A stretch of DNA of 51,658 nt from positions 16,624,842-16,676,499 of the forward strand of contig NC_069004.1 in the NCBI RefSeq assembly GCF_001194135.2, read 5' to 3'. The position numbers were made by a program, and so were the translations under genes. This stretch comes from Octopus bimaculoides. Taxonomy: Eukaryota. The first letter of the stretch is position 1. Every line of letters starts with the position of its first letter. The notes under the pieces were generated by a model. That model had not been told where the DNA came from. It did not search any database and saw nothing but the letters and a program-made list of their open reading frames with translations. Shown here piece after piece: positions 1 through 13,796 of this stretch.

Positions 1-14
1 TATATATATATATG

Positions 15-79
<65 letters not shown>

Positions 80-95
80 GTGTGTGTGTGTATGC
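1..95. repeat. (TA)n/(TATG)n/(TG)n microsatellite
   Basis: Direct inspection. Confidence 0.95.
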
Positions 96-826
96 GTGTT
101 TGTGTATAGTTATTATAATTATATAAAAAGAAAAATATGAACTACTACAGTAATCCTCCCTTCTCAACACAGGAAATATGTATGTATAGATGTGTATATA
201 TATGTATTCCTCATTTATATACCTTTTCATTCCTACATAACTACAATAATTTTAAGATATATTGATTATTTAAATTCCACTATTGTTTCTCTTTTGATAA
301 TTTTTCTTTCCTCTGTTTATACTTTATCTAATAAGAATAATATGATACATCTAATAATAATTGACTCCTTTGTATGCATATACATGTAAATGTATAGATA
401 TGTATTTATGTATGTATATGTAAAAGTGTATATATGTATGTATTTTTATTTATAACTTAACCTTATGAACCTCCTAAACTCTTATGAAGCCCAGAGGCAC
501 ACTGATGTAGCTTAATCTTACCTACCAAATACTTCAGTTCACTGGAAGGATAGAAGTAAAGTGGGGTACTATGTCCTCTTCGCTGAAACAGCTGTAAGAC
601 ACTATCCTACCTTCTATGCTCTACGTTATATATTTTAGTAATTACTGGTATTTTTATATTTTATATATATGTAAAGCATATGTTATACATGTCTAAAAGT
701 TGATGAATGCCACCTCTTGATCCCCTCCATTTTCTTATTGCTGTGTATATATGTATATATGTGTCAAGGCTGCGATTTAAGGACTGTATCATGTCCTCAT
801 TAAAGGCCTGTGGTATGCGAGAGACT

Positions 827-1046
827 GAAGGCGGCGAGCTGGCAGAATTGTTAGCATGCCGGGCGAAATGCTTATCGGTATTTCGTCTGCCGCTACGTTC
901 TGAGGTCGACTTTGCCTTTCATCCTTTCGGGGTCGATAAATTAAGTACCAGTTACGCACTGGGTCAATGTAATCGACTTAATCCCTTTGTCTGTCCTTGT
1001 TTGTCCCCTCTATGTTTAGCCCCTTGTGGGCAATAAAGAAATAAGA
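827..1046 (+). mobile_element. tRNA-derived SINE (gaaggcggcgagctggcagaa family)
   Basis: A-box-like head, body gtcgactttgcctttcatcctttcggggtcgataaattaagtaccag and aataaagaaataa tail. Related copies recur in the window. Confidence 0.8.
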
Positions 1047-1345
1047 GACTGACTTGGAGAACAATGCCTGTCATTGCCACAGATGGAGGAAGCAGGTTAA
1101 GGAGCGGGGAGGGGTCGACACTTTTGAGAGAGAACATATTCTGCATGGAGAAATTAAGCATGTTGCTTGAAAGCGCACTGCTGGTGTAGTGAATGGATGG
1201 GGAAATCTTGGTCTGCAATGTTTGCAGTCGTGTATGCTTATCAAGAGCAGGGCTCATTAGCCACCAAATGCAAAATATGTTAGTCCTAGAACGCACAATG
1301 TTCCTGAAGGTCAGTAATGGTCACAAGTGGACGACCATCATCATA
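1047..1345 (+). mobile_element. RTE-clade LINE 3' fragment
   Basis: Encodes LVCNVCSRVCLSRAGLISHQ, the C-terminal C2H2-like motif of RTE/BovB ORFs, and ends in a catcatcat tail. Confidence 0.7.
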
Positions 1346-1363
1346 TGTGTATGTGTATATATA

Positions 1364-1421
<58 letters not shown>

Positions 1422-1529
1422 CACACTGTTGTGTCTGGGGAGAGTCATTTTCTTATTGTGCCTTAAAATTTAACACACTCACCAAAAACGAAATATATAT
1501 AAATATGTGTAGATGTATATATATATGTA

Positions 1530-1531
1530 AA

Positions 1532-1620
<89 letters not shown>

Positions 1621-1650
1621 GTGTGTGTGTGTGTATGTATATATATATTA
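1530..1650. repeat. Compound (TG)n(TA)n(GA)n(TG)n microsatellite
   Basis: Direct inspection. Confidence 0.95.
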
Positions 1651-1748
1651 TGGTTGTGGCGATACTAACTATCTTTTATTCACTTCAATATTGAAGCTGA
1701 TTTTAAAAGCAGCTAACTTGTGTCACTATTCTTGTCTCCGTCTGTCAG

Positions 1749-1791
1749 ACAAATGAACCCTACTCCTTCAGTTAAAACAGTAACTAGCAAG
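1749..1791 (+). CDS. NCOA: Probable 43-nt micro-exon of the NCOA gene (xQMNPTPSVKTVTSK)
   Basis: Acceptor tcttgtctccgtctgtcag, donor AAG|gtaatc, open frame ending in phase 0, which matches the exon at 2397. Confidence 0.55.
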
Positions 1792-2396
1792 GTAATCAAC
1801 TGTAATAATGACCTGATCTATATGCCAATAAGGAAGCCTCTCAGCTGTTGCTGTGATTATTGGGAACAGCACCTAAATCTCCTTCAATCCACTTTGGGTA
1901 ATTTTGTGCTAAACACAATGTCTGAATAAAAGGTAGGTTGGTCACAGTCAGCCTGTCTTTGCTGATAGGTTCTACTACATCAGGACTGACTCAGAAATAA
2001 ATTATTTGTTCCAGCAATGTGTAAATGTACAAATTTTGCAAAGAGAAACAAACTTTAAATTCTTGCTTGAAAACAGAGATAGTAAGGCAATCATATTTGG
2101 ACATTGCTATGGGTGGGTGGTGTATATTTATTGCATTACAACCATATTCTGTAAGAATAAAGCCTTATTTATACATTAGTTCCATACTTTCCTTTACCCA
2201 TTACAGCTAAGGCCATGCTAGAGCACTACCATGATTTTTATCTGTCCTCTTATTCTACTTTCCACTGCATGTTGTACTTGCTCTGTCTTTCCTCCATCTG
2301 CTTGCTATACCTTGAATGTCCTCTACATTTCACACTTCCATCACTGCCCATGTAAGTAAAAGTTCTTCCCTATATCCTGACTTTCCCTTCCTACAG

Positions 2397-2486
2397 ACAA
2401 GAATGGAATCCACCACAGTGCAACCATTCCCTGAAAACTTGGCTGAGTTGATGAAAAGTGGCAACGCACCTAATGTCACACTGCAG
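2397..2486 (+). CDS. NCOA: NCOA exon TRMESTTVQPFPENLAELMKSGNAPNVTLQ
   Basis: ctttcccttcctacag acceptor, CAG|gtgagc donor, phase 0/0. Confidence 0.85.
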
Positions 2487-5400
2487 GTGAGCCTCTTCTT
2501 GGTTTTAACCCACAATACACTTTCATTATCAGTGTGTGTGTTGTCTCTTTGATGATGATAAATTTTAACTGGGAATCCTCCAAGTTTCAGTCCTTTCTTT
2601 TACAATATTTGTGTACCTCACATAATATTATTTACTTTCACTCCAACCCACCTTCATCCTTTACTTTCAGACACACATACATGCACATATTATTAACATA
2701 CATATATCTTTGTAAATAGTAATGTTTCAAGTATGTGAAATAAGATCATTATGATTACATTTATTATTAGAGCTACACACAGTATCCACTACAATTCCCC
2801 AAACTTAATCTGTAGAGAATAATTATAACTAATATTATATGTATGTAATATTCTTTTTTTACTGTATTTTTTTTTTTTAACTACAATCAAGCTGGGACAT
2901 GACAACCTTGAAGGGTTAGTCAATTAAATCAACACCAGCACTTATTTTTTTTTCTTAACTCTGGTAGTTATTTCATCAGTTTCTATTTTGTTGGACTGCT
3001 AAGCCATGAGAATGTAAAGACAATATGGAGAGAGACAAACACACACAATGAGCATCCACACAGTTTTCATATGTTATATGTACCCATGTGGTAAGCATGA
3101 AAATCCACCATCATGGCAACTTTGACAATAAACTATTCAGTTCAGTCTTCCAATTATTAAAACATACCTCAGTGAAAAGGTACTTCATTAAGCTATTTTA
3201 TTGTGATGTTTAAACCTGTGGTGATTGGAATTGATATTTTATAATAGACATTTTTGTGGTCAAATCTTTTTTATTTTTATTTTAGTGTCACAGTGATTGG
3301 GTCCTAAACACATAGTGAAACTAATCACCTTGCATAAATTCTTTTGATTGACACTATGGATATTGTGGGTGTATTTAATGAAATAACACAATACCTTTTA
3401 TACATATCACCATTATCACATTTGCCATTGTCAGCTACTGACATTCAATTTTAGATGATATTCTGTTTTTATCAAATTTAAAGATGTGTGTGATGGTGTG
3501 TTCAAACACTATAACCACTGTTCTTTTCTCCCTGTGCTAAACCCTGCTTCTGTACAGTTTATAGTTTACATTTTTGTCATGCCCCAGATAACCAAAATTG
3601 AGCTTCTTATTTCATTACATTCACACACGCATACTCGCACATGCACACATACACTGGGTGGACAGGCTAAATTTGATAGTTTGCATGAAAGGAAAACAAA
3701 ACAATATCCCATCCAAAAATAAATTTGTTTTTAAAAAATCAAAAAATATCAACTAGGTAATGACTGGGAAATAACAGTTTATTCAAAGTAGCTGCCAACA
3801 GCTTCCACCATGACCTCAAAATGGCTCTGGAGCCTGGCACATGCATTCCTCACTGTCCCTGGGAAGACCTTGCACAAGCAGAGCAACTGATGTCTTTCTC
3901 AATTCTGCCCCACACAAAGTAATCCATGGAATTACAATCAGGGGGATTGGGAGGCCAGAAATTGGAGCTGATGAAATCATAGAAATTCTCTGACAAATCT
4001 TCTAACACTTTCCTGAGGTATGGCAAGGAACCAAGTCCTGCTGCCATACATATGGCCTTCCAGAAGCAACCCTCTCCAGCAGTCTCCAGCAGTTTCACAT
4101 AGTCATCTGAATTGAGCCTAAGGCCCTCTTCTAAGATGTACAGCAGCATGACATCACCCTCACTGGAGACACACCCAAAGATCATCACAGTTGGAGGGAA
4201 TTTAGTTTTCATGATACATGGGGCGTGTCTATGTCATTTCTTACAGCCTTTACAGAGTGTTGAGCAGCAGTTACATTGCCCTTTTGATACCCAGCAGGAA
4301 TCATCGTGATACAGGAACGCTTTTCCAATGAACTTGTTAAAAAATATATATTACTAACAGAAGCAGTATTAATACCGAGAGGTAATATTTATCCCCACTT
4401 AAACATGAATGTTCTGTTAGAACCAACTGTACTGCAGCAGATACCACCTCGTAGTTAGATGCATTTTTTAAGAGCAACCACTTTACAGTGTGTACTAGGG
4501 TGCATATATATTTTCATGGTACCACCTCTACAGAAGTTGCCTTGTCAGCAAGACCAAAGAGCCCTTTCAGGCCCCATGTTGTTACTGCTTGAATCAATTT
4601 TCACTCACTTAACTGTGTATGTTTGTGTGTATATATAAAGTATTGGGTCATCCCATAAATAATGGGGGTTTTTCTATACTTTTATTTTTCCAAATTAAGA
4701 TAAACAAAATTCTTTTTTAATCTAAAATTTACTCTCCTTCATTTTCTACAATGCTCTTCCATCTATCTGGTAGACTTGCAAGGCCCCTCTTCCAAAATTC
4801 ACTTGTCCGTGATGAAAAATGCTCCTCCAATACTGTTCTGACCTCACCTACAGACTTCATATTTTTTCCATCCAAATCATTTTGAAGACTGCGGAGAAAA
4901 TGATAATAAGATGGGGCAATGTCTGGTGAATATGGTGGGTGGGGCATCATTTCCCATTCAAACTGTTCCAGCCTTTGAAGTGTCATCCTGGCTTTACGTG
5001 GCCAAGCATTATGCTGATGAAAGAACACCTTTCGTCTTGAAATCAAAGATGGTCCTTTTTCTTCTAGCACTGAGTTACGCTGCTCAAGCTGCTTGCAGTA
5101 GATCTCCTTTGTTATTGTTTGGTTTGGGTTTAAAAGTTCAAAGTGGACTAAACCTTTCATAGTCCACCAAACAGATAACAACACCTTACGTGGGAGAAGA
5201 CCTTCTTTAACTTGGGGTGCCAGTGTTTCTCCTTTCCCTACCCACTGTCTTCAGGAGCTTGAAATTTTTATAGAGAACCCGTTTCTTGTCACCAGTCACT
5301 ATTTGGTCCAAAAATGATTCATTCATGAGATGTGACAGCAAAGAAGAGCTCACATTCACTCTCTGCACGTGATTAGACCCGAAAAGTTTGTGAGGAACCC

Positions 5401-8400
5401 ATTGACCCAGTTTGCTGACTTTTCCAATGGCACACAGGTGTTGATGAATGACTGACCAAATCCAAGCTTCTCTGCTAGTTCCTCAACTGTTAAGATTGGA
5501 TATTGTTCCACCAGGGTTTGCAGGACATCCTCATCGAGCTCTGCAGATCTTCCATGATGAGCTCACCTTCTAGGCTGTAGTTTCCAGCTCAGAATTGACA
5601 CTGGCTTATGCTTATTATCCGATCCCCATATACTGCATTAATATTCTTCGCACTTTCTGTTACATTGTTGCCTTTATTGAACTCAGAAAGCAATATACAC
5701 CGAGTATGCTCCATTATAGCTTTGAGAAAATAATTGTTAAAATTGAACTGCACTCTTCAAAACTTGCCCTAAGAATAAGTACAAGGTAAAATTACTACCT
5801 GCTTTTATAGTAAGTTGATGCAGGTAGTTTATCCCATCCCCCTCCAACTTTTAGCTCATGCAATTGAAAAAAAAACATTTATAGGATGACCCTATATATA
5901 TTGTCTTGCTCCTTTTTAGTTTGGTTGGTTGGCTGATTATTGCCAAATGCTGGTGTTAAGTGTGTATAAAGGTTTATAAATTCCAGCCTTTTGTCTTTTA
6001 TTCCCTAATGCAATGCTGTTGACATAGTCAGCATTTTAAGGATGATTACATGAAAAATCTACTTGAATGAACATATATATAATATAGTTGAAAAACTACT
6101 TTAGATATATTTATAATAAAGTTGATTGGTTGTAAAATGTTGAACCAAGCATTGTTAAATCTGGATATTCTTCCTCTCATACTAATTATTCCATCAGTTC
6201 TTCACTTCAGTTAACCACCATAGCATGAGGTCTACCGCTGCCATCACGAACACATCTGGGCTATCGGCAGTATTCTACATTACTCAATTTCATGTGTGTT
6301 AGACGATGTCCTGATGAAATAAAATTTTGTTTTCCTATTTCAGCGGAACCAAAACTTACCAGAGCCGATGTCACCTCGCTATGGCAGTATACAACGGCCA
6401 CAACAGTCTGTGAGCCCTATGATTGGTCCTGTGTCTTCTCCCTCACAACTGTCCCCTCACTATACTCAGTCCACTCCAAACCAGTGGAATGCTCGTACAT
6501 CACAGACCGCTGCAACTCTCCAGGGATCACTTGACCGAGGAATGCATCAGGTGAAAACCTTTATTCTTTCTAATTTGGGTCTTTTCTTAGAACTTTATAA
6601 GCTTAAAGACAACAGATGGCAGAGAATTCAATATAGCTAGTTAGGAATCAAGTGCTGTCATTTTAAGAGAATATCAACATCAGCCTTTTCATGTCCAATT
6701 TTCCCAAGTAAGCATAGGTTGGGAAAAAAACTTACTGAGGCAGAATTCTAGGGGTCATTGCTCTTCCTGTTGCCAACCCCGATCTGTTTTTCAAGTAATA
6801 TTCCATTGGTATTCACAATACTGACAAAACTGCTAGGCTACTGAACATATTGTTTATAGGATATATAAATATAACACCACTGTAGCATTCTGTCAGTGAA
6901 GATGCATAGAAATAAACACAAGCACAAGTGTGTGTGTGTGTATCTGCAGGGTGGTTGGTGTTAGGGAGGGCATCCAGCCATAAAAACTGCCAAAACAGAC
7001 ACCAGAAGTATGGTACAGGCTTCTTTCTGGCCAGCTCCTGTCAAACCATCCAACCCATGCCAACATGTATATATAAAAACATCTAACTTTTCAGATTTGC
7101 TTGGCTCAAACAAAATTTGTTGGGACATTTTTTCAGCTAGATGCCTTTCTTGTCTCCAACCATCTAAGTGAGGTAATATTTCTCTTGACCCTTCACTTGT
7201 TTAACTGATATTTATTTACATCTAGCACACACTGCTAAGACAAGGGGACAAATATATATCTAAGTGAAGTTATATATATAATGCATGTGTACCGAGGATT
7301 TATTTGCATGTTATATGATAGACTTCTGTACAAATTTCCATCTACCAGTTTCACTTGCTCTAGGTTTTATGCAGTGGAATAGAACCTGAAATCACAGGGT
7401 TTACAAATAGAACTTCATTACCACATTTATCTCAGTGTTTCTTAAATCAATCAAAGAAGAAAATACCATTGCAAAGTAAAGAAATGAGTTTCATCAAAAC
7501 AAAAAGAAATACCTTTGAAGCTCTGGGTTGTTTCCTAGAAATATAATACCTGGAAATGATTGAAAAATAAAGTGGACTGTTGTGTTCAGAAACAAAACTC
7601 ATTTGTCTTCCTTTGTTTTACCATTACAGGGCAACACTCAGTTCTCGGCAGTTCAACGTCATAGGGCAATGTCAGGAAATTCATTGGCAAGCCCTATGCC
7701 TCAAGCTGGCAATCACTTTCATTTCCCACCCGATTCCCAGTTTCCTGGTTCACAGGGTCAGCTGTCAGTCTACAGCCCACAGTCACAACAACAACAGCAA
7801 CAGCAACAACAACAACAACAGCAGCAGCAGCAACAGCAGCAACAACATCAACATCTATATGCTCAAAGCAGAATTATGCATCGGCAGCTTAGCCTCCCCC
7901 CAGGTACAGTGTAATTTCGATTCTTTCCTTTGTATTTCGCATGTTTTTAATCAGTACAACACATACTTTAAATTGCCAGGTGGCTGACCATGCTCAAATG
8001 TTGCCTGAGTTTTGTTAATAAAATTAATTCCGCTATTGTTGTTTGGAAGTTATTTAAATTGATTATAAATCATCATCATCATCATCGTTTAACGTCCGCT
8101 TTCCATGCTAGCATGGGTTGGACGATTTGACTGAGGACTGGTGAACCAGATGGCTGCACCAGGCGCCAATCTTGCTTTTGTATCTATCATAGCTTTAGAT
8201 TTTGTACATACATTAGTGAACCACAATTGATATTGAATCTTGTTCTGAATTGACTCTGAATTTATACTGGAATCTACCTCTGATGTTGGAGTAATTCATT
8301 CTCTAGCTCCTCTCCTTATAAAATCAATAGGGGTAAGATAAATCATCATTATGTAGAATTTGAATCTCTCTTAGTTCCTAACTGGAATAGTTTTTCCACT

Positions 8401-11400
8401 GTAATGTTTTCTTGGTGTTTTTCAGGTCGAGGATCACCACGTATGCCCCACAGCCCTTTTGGAAACAGCCCTGATTCTATGTTATTATCCCCTCACCTAT
8501 CACCCAATTCAGGGTTACGGCCAACGCAACAGGCCCCCAGCAGTCAAGTGAGCCCCACTTTTAATTCCAACTACCCTTCACCTCAGAGTTTGTCAGGAGC
8601 TGCACCGCCGCCGCCACCAGCATACACCCAGCCAACTCCCACACCGACCTCAATATCTACAGATGGTTTGTCAAGTTTTGAAATGCAACTGTTGGAACAC
8701 ACAAACTTACCGACAAATACTGACAGGTGAGCAAGTGCTACAACACTTCTACCTCCATCGATATTTCTCTGTTCATTCTATTTCTATCATAACTTCTGCC
8801 TACTATTTATTCGACCCATGTCCAAAAAACAAAACTTCAAAAAAAGAAGTATCTTTCTCTAAATTATTTAAAGAATTATAATCTAATTTTTCTTTTGATT
8901 ACTTTAGTTTGAAGGCCACCACAAGTGCTGATTTAGGAACCACCATGCCTGGTGCTTCTTCAAAGTCCCAATATGTGAAGCAAGAGATCCGCAACTTTTG
9001 TAATGCCAGATCAGAGAAACAATCCCAACAGCAACAGTTGCAGCAGCAACAGCAACAACAACAGCAGCAGCAGCAACAACAACAACAACAACAACAGCAG
9101 CAGCAGCCGCCGCCACCACCACCTCCTGATCTATCACTTGCCACTCCCCGTCATTCACGAGCGCCTGATATTCCATCTCAAGCGCCAATGAGCACTGACC
9201 AACACACTCATGATAACGATCTCAATGATCTGTTACAGAGTAAGTTGTTTGTTTCTTGATGGTTCAGGAAGGTTGTTTGTATGGTTGGTATGTGTCTAAA
9301 ATGTGCATGTAGTATAGGTATTTGTGAATATATGGTGAGCTTTGCTGAGACTTCAATTAGTTTTCCTGAAACCATGAATATATCAAACACTTAAAAATAA
9401 TCCTTCAATATGCTGTCGTTCCATCTGTTCTGAGAACCCAACTTGCACTCTTTTCCCCTGCTCTGGTTGGCAGTAAGGAGCAATATGTTCTTTCATTGCA
9501 GTAGTTTCTGATTTCTGTAGCCAAGTTGAACTAGATGGACTTGGTATACAACAGTCTAAGAGAAAATCTAGTTCACAACTCAGCACAGATTTTACACCTG
9601 CTGTAATTATTTTGGTGTGTGTACTTAATTGGCAGAGTCTTTTTGGTTGGAGCAGATATCAGTATCCTTGATCTGTGTAAGGTCTTTAAACTTTAATATT
9701 TTGCATCTATGTGCAGGTAGAAGTTTGCATCTCTACTATCTGGTTTCAGGTTCTTCTACCATAGTCCCTGGATGCCTGACACCATATGAGTGAAATAGGT
9801 TGGTGGAAACTACAAAACCTGTCTTGAGAAAGTGTACATTTTGTTTCACATGAGAAAAGGCACTGAGCTGCAAATAGTGAAGTAAATTGTCACACCCTGT
9901 CAATAAATCATCTGCTAGCTCTGCACTTTTGAAGATATGTGGAATAAAAAAAAACCTATCCTTGAAAAATGGGTTAGAATTAGTCACAGGAAAGTTTATA
10001 GAACAATACCACAATAATATAAGTTCATATAACCCATGCTAGCATGAGAAAGATGGCATAAATCCAATGACCAATTGTGTGTGTGTCTTTAAATTCGTGT
10101 TTCTTCACATAAACAACAGAAATATCACCACTTCAGAGTAACATTTCTTTCTCTCATAAACAAAATATCTGGCATTGAAGTCAACATAAAATAAGTACCT
10201 TACTTGAGAAGCAAGTATTAGTATCAGAAAGGGCATTCAACCATAAATCCTATCCAGACAATGCCAGTATGGAGAAAGCAGACATAAAACAATAATGATA
10301 GTGAGTACATGTGTGGGTGTCTGATTTTGGAAATGCATTGTAGTTTTGTTAGCGTGTCAAAAGGCTACAATTTTATAAGGTTCAGAATTAATTGAACTGA
10401 TCCCTCTGGTGTTTAACTAATTCCAAAGAAATAGAAAGCAGATTCAGTTGTCATAAGATTTAAATTCAAAATGTAAAGAAACAATACCACAGGATATTTA
10501 GGGGCCTAAATGTAGTGAGCACTGTGTTTAGTATCTTTTTTTGTATTAAATGAAAGTATTTTGGGGTGTTGTACCACCTCAGAGATTCTGTTGTTATAGG
10601 TTTATGATGGAACATTATATGATGCTAACATCTGATGTTGGTTGATATGCATTCTGGTAACTTGTTTGTTTATTGCTGTTTAGCGTATTGTGAGGAAGTC
10701 CTGATTCATTCAGTAGCATTCAGTAAACCTATTGCCAATGCTGTCACTACTAGTGCCACCACCACCTGTGGTAATTATAAAATTTACAACTTTAAGCCTT
10801 CATTCTTAATTACCTATATATATTCTTTCCTTCTCTATGATGCTTTAACTATATAACTGTTCTGCATTCCTAACTAAATATTCATGGATTTGTCTTATTG
10901 CAGTCATCAACAGTGAAATGCCCCAGACTAATGTATCACCAGCTCCCCAAACCTCAAAGCCATCCTATAACACACCAATAAAAGAGGAAGTTACTCCATC
11001 AAGCATTGTTAACCAAGACGCACGGCAGCTGTGTGCCCGGTTTAGAGCAACTGTTGGACGTGAGTTTCTTTTGACTATAACCAGACATTCATTTAGCAAA
11101 CCTGCAATAGAAATAACTCAGTTTACTGTTAAAGAATTGAGAAGTCATTTCTACAATCTCATAAAACTTCTGCTAACTTCAGTACTTTGGTTAATTGTTC
11201 TAAAAGTATAATTTGCTACAATATAATATTGTCGTAATATCCATCCATCTTCTCTGCCCACTATTCCATGGAAGATCATGGGGTAGAGTCCTCAGGCACC
11301 CTCTCCATAGGCTCCTATCAGAGGTAACCATCATTACACTTTCTGGTTGGATTCCCACACATAACCAACTAAGACTAAGCTTATTATTCAACCATCTCCC

Positions 11401-13757
11401 TCTTGGTCTACCTCTACATCTCTCTTGGCTCAACTTGAAGAATCCCTCTTTCAGCCATTATTCAACATTCATGACCATAAGTGAAGATAGGCACAAAAAC
11501 TGAATTGAAGATTGTAAATTTTTTTTCCCAACCTCTTCTTTTCTGAGGATTGAATGCTTAAAAAGGTGCATTATGTGCAAGCACTTGCAATTCTAACACC
11601 TAATTCAGTTGTTTGCCTCCCATCATTCATGAATATGGCCCCAAGATAATTCAATTTCTCCACTTACCTCAGTGATGTTTCTCTAGCATGCAGAATGCAC
11701 TGGGAAGACTTTCTTCAGATGATCAATAATATAAATGATATAATTCACTGTAAAAAAAGAATGCTTTATTATACAAGTTTTAAGATAGACAAAAGAAAAT
11801 GCAATACTGATTTCACAAGTGTTTACCAGGTTTGTTTTCTAAAGTTGTTAAGGCTGTAATATTCAAGTGATGTAGGAATATTAATGGAAAGACAAGAGGA
11901 CTTGTATGTGGTCAATTTACCTGCTTAGAGTTAACAGCTAGTAAAACCCTACTGTCCTAAAAAATGAAAAAGAAGGATCTGTTGGATGGTCACTACTGAA
12001 ATTTCTTTGATCATAAGTTTTTTTTCTTCCAATCAAACAACAATATGAAAAGTTTCGCATTATCATACACCTATCAATGGTAATAGTTATACAAGGAGCA
12101 GGGTTATCTATAAATAGTTTTGGTAGGATTGTGATGTTTATGTTGGGTGTTATTGTCAGTGGAAATAAACTGTAACTGTCTTTGCTTACATTTGGCTCAT
12201 TGACAACTTACTGCAATTTGATGAGATTGTAATCCCATCCCTACTAACATTTTAATATTTCTGTTTTCAATTTTATTTTTGTTTTTCCTTTGTCTCTTAT
12301 GATTATATTTTGTTTTGAATTAAAGTATCTTGTATAAATAAAATGGCTTCTGTTGAATGATAGAAGTGAGAAATGTAAAACCTGTCTAAACTAATAACGT
12401 TTTACTGTAACAAATTAAAATAGTAAAATCAGATGTTCGTTTCCATTATATATTTTACTAGCTGAATGACCCAGTGTTGCCCAGGTTACTGCTGTTCTCA
12501 TTCAGATTACAAAACAATAAATATAAAGATATATTCTCGTAATTATTTCAAAATATCTATATTTTATTCAAAAATATCCAAATTGTAATGATAATAAAAT
12601 TTAAAACTGAAAATCTATCAATGCTGAAGCACCTCAGGGTAAATAGTATCCATTGTGTAATTTTTTGTTGTTGTCCAAATGAATGAATTGTTGCTGCTTC
12701 CATAGAGTTGACCATGGGAGAAGCATGTAGTAGAGAGATCAAGTCCAACTACTCTGAGGGATTGTCCCTGAGATTTGTTAAGGGAAATACTCAAACTTAG
12801 TTTGACTGGAAACTGAAGCCTCTTAAATTCAAATGGACCATCTGTAGGTATGAGAGGAAGTTTTGGAATAAAGACATTTTCTCCTTTGCTACTACCTGTT
12901 ATGATTGTTGCCAGTAAGGACATGGGGCTTCATGGAAGTAACAATTAAGCCAATTCCATTACACAGGTGAGATGGGTCATGATTCCTAAGCAACATAATG
13001 GGAGCACCCAGTTTTCGTGTCATGTTATGCGGTGGCATCCCAGTGGATTTAAGTGGGTTCAGAAATTCAGCAGGGTATTGAACAGCCTGATCTTGATCGA
13101 CTGTTGTGTGAATTGTCATTGAAAAGTCATTTCTGATGTATCTTAACTTTTGAAGATGTTCGTGATTGAGTTTATCAACCATTTCATTAGTTGGAGCCAG
13201 TATAGCTCTTTCACATAGGCAGTTTACAACAGTGTAATTGGCATGAGTTTGGAAATACTTTATCCATAACATCCCTGAGAGAAAGTATTATTTGATTGCA
13301 TGTAATTTCGTGTAGACTCTAACATATAAAAATTATCACATACAGACACAGAGAAACATATGTTCACACACACCTCAGGTGTATCTCTGTCCCTCTGTGT
13401 GTGTCTCTCTCTCTCTCTTTAGATGTGTGTGTCGTCATGAAAATGTATATATATTCACACACACACACACACCCTCACATACTGTCAGACACATATACTT
13501 CTCAGTCATCAGCCTAAAGTACATAATGAACGTGCAAACACACTCATATAGAAAATGTGACATTGTTGTGGTATAAAATGTTGTTTACAATAGTTGACTT
13601 GTAGAAAGATTATAATGTTAAAGTTTTGTAATGCAAATATATAAATGAAAATAAAGTTTATTTGGTAGCTGAAAGATTACAGAATCTTTTGATACACCAT
13701 ATGTCAAAATCAGCAACTAAGTTTTCGAATGCATAAGCAACACACACACAAACTCTG

Positions 13758-13796
<39 letters not shown>

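Noticed and set aside
8899-9188. Minus-strand poly-Cys and poly-Ala/Val ORFs
   Set aside because: Antisense shadows of the NCOA CAG/CAA tract.
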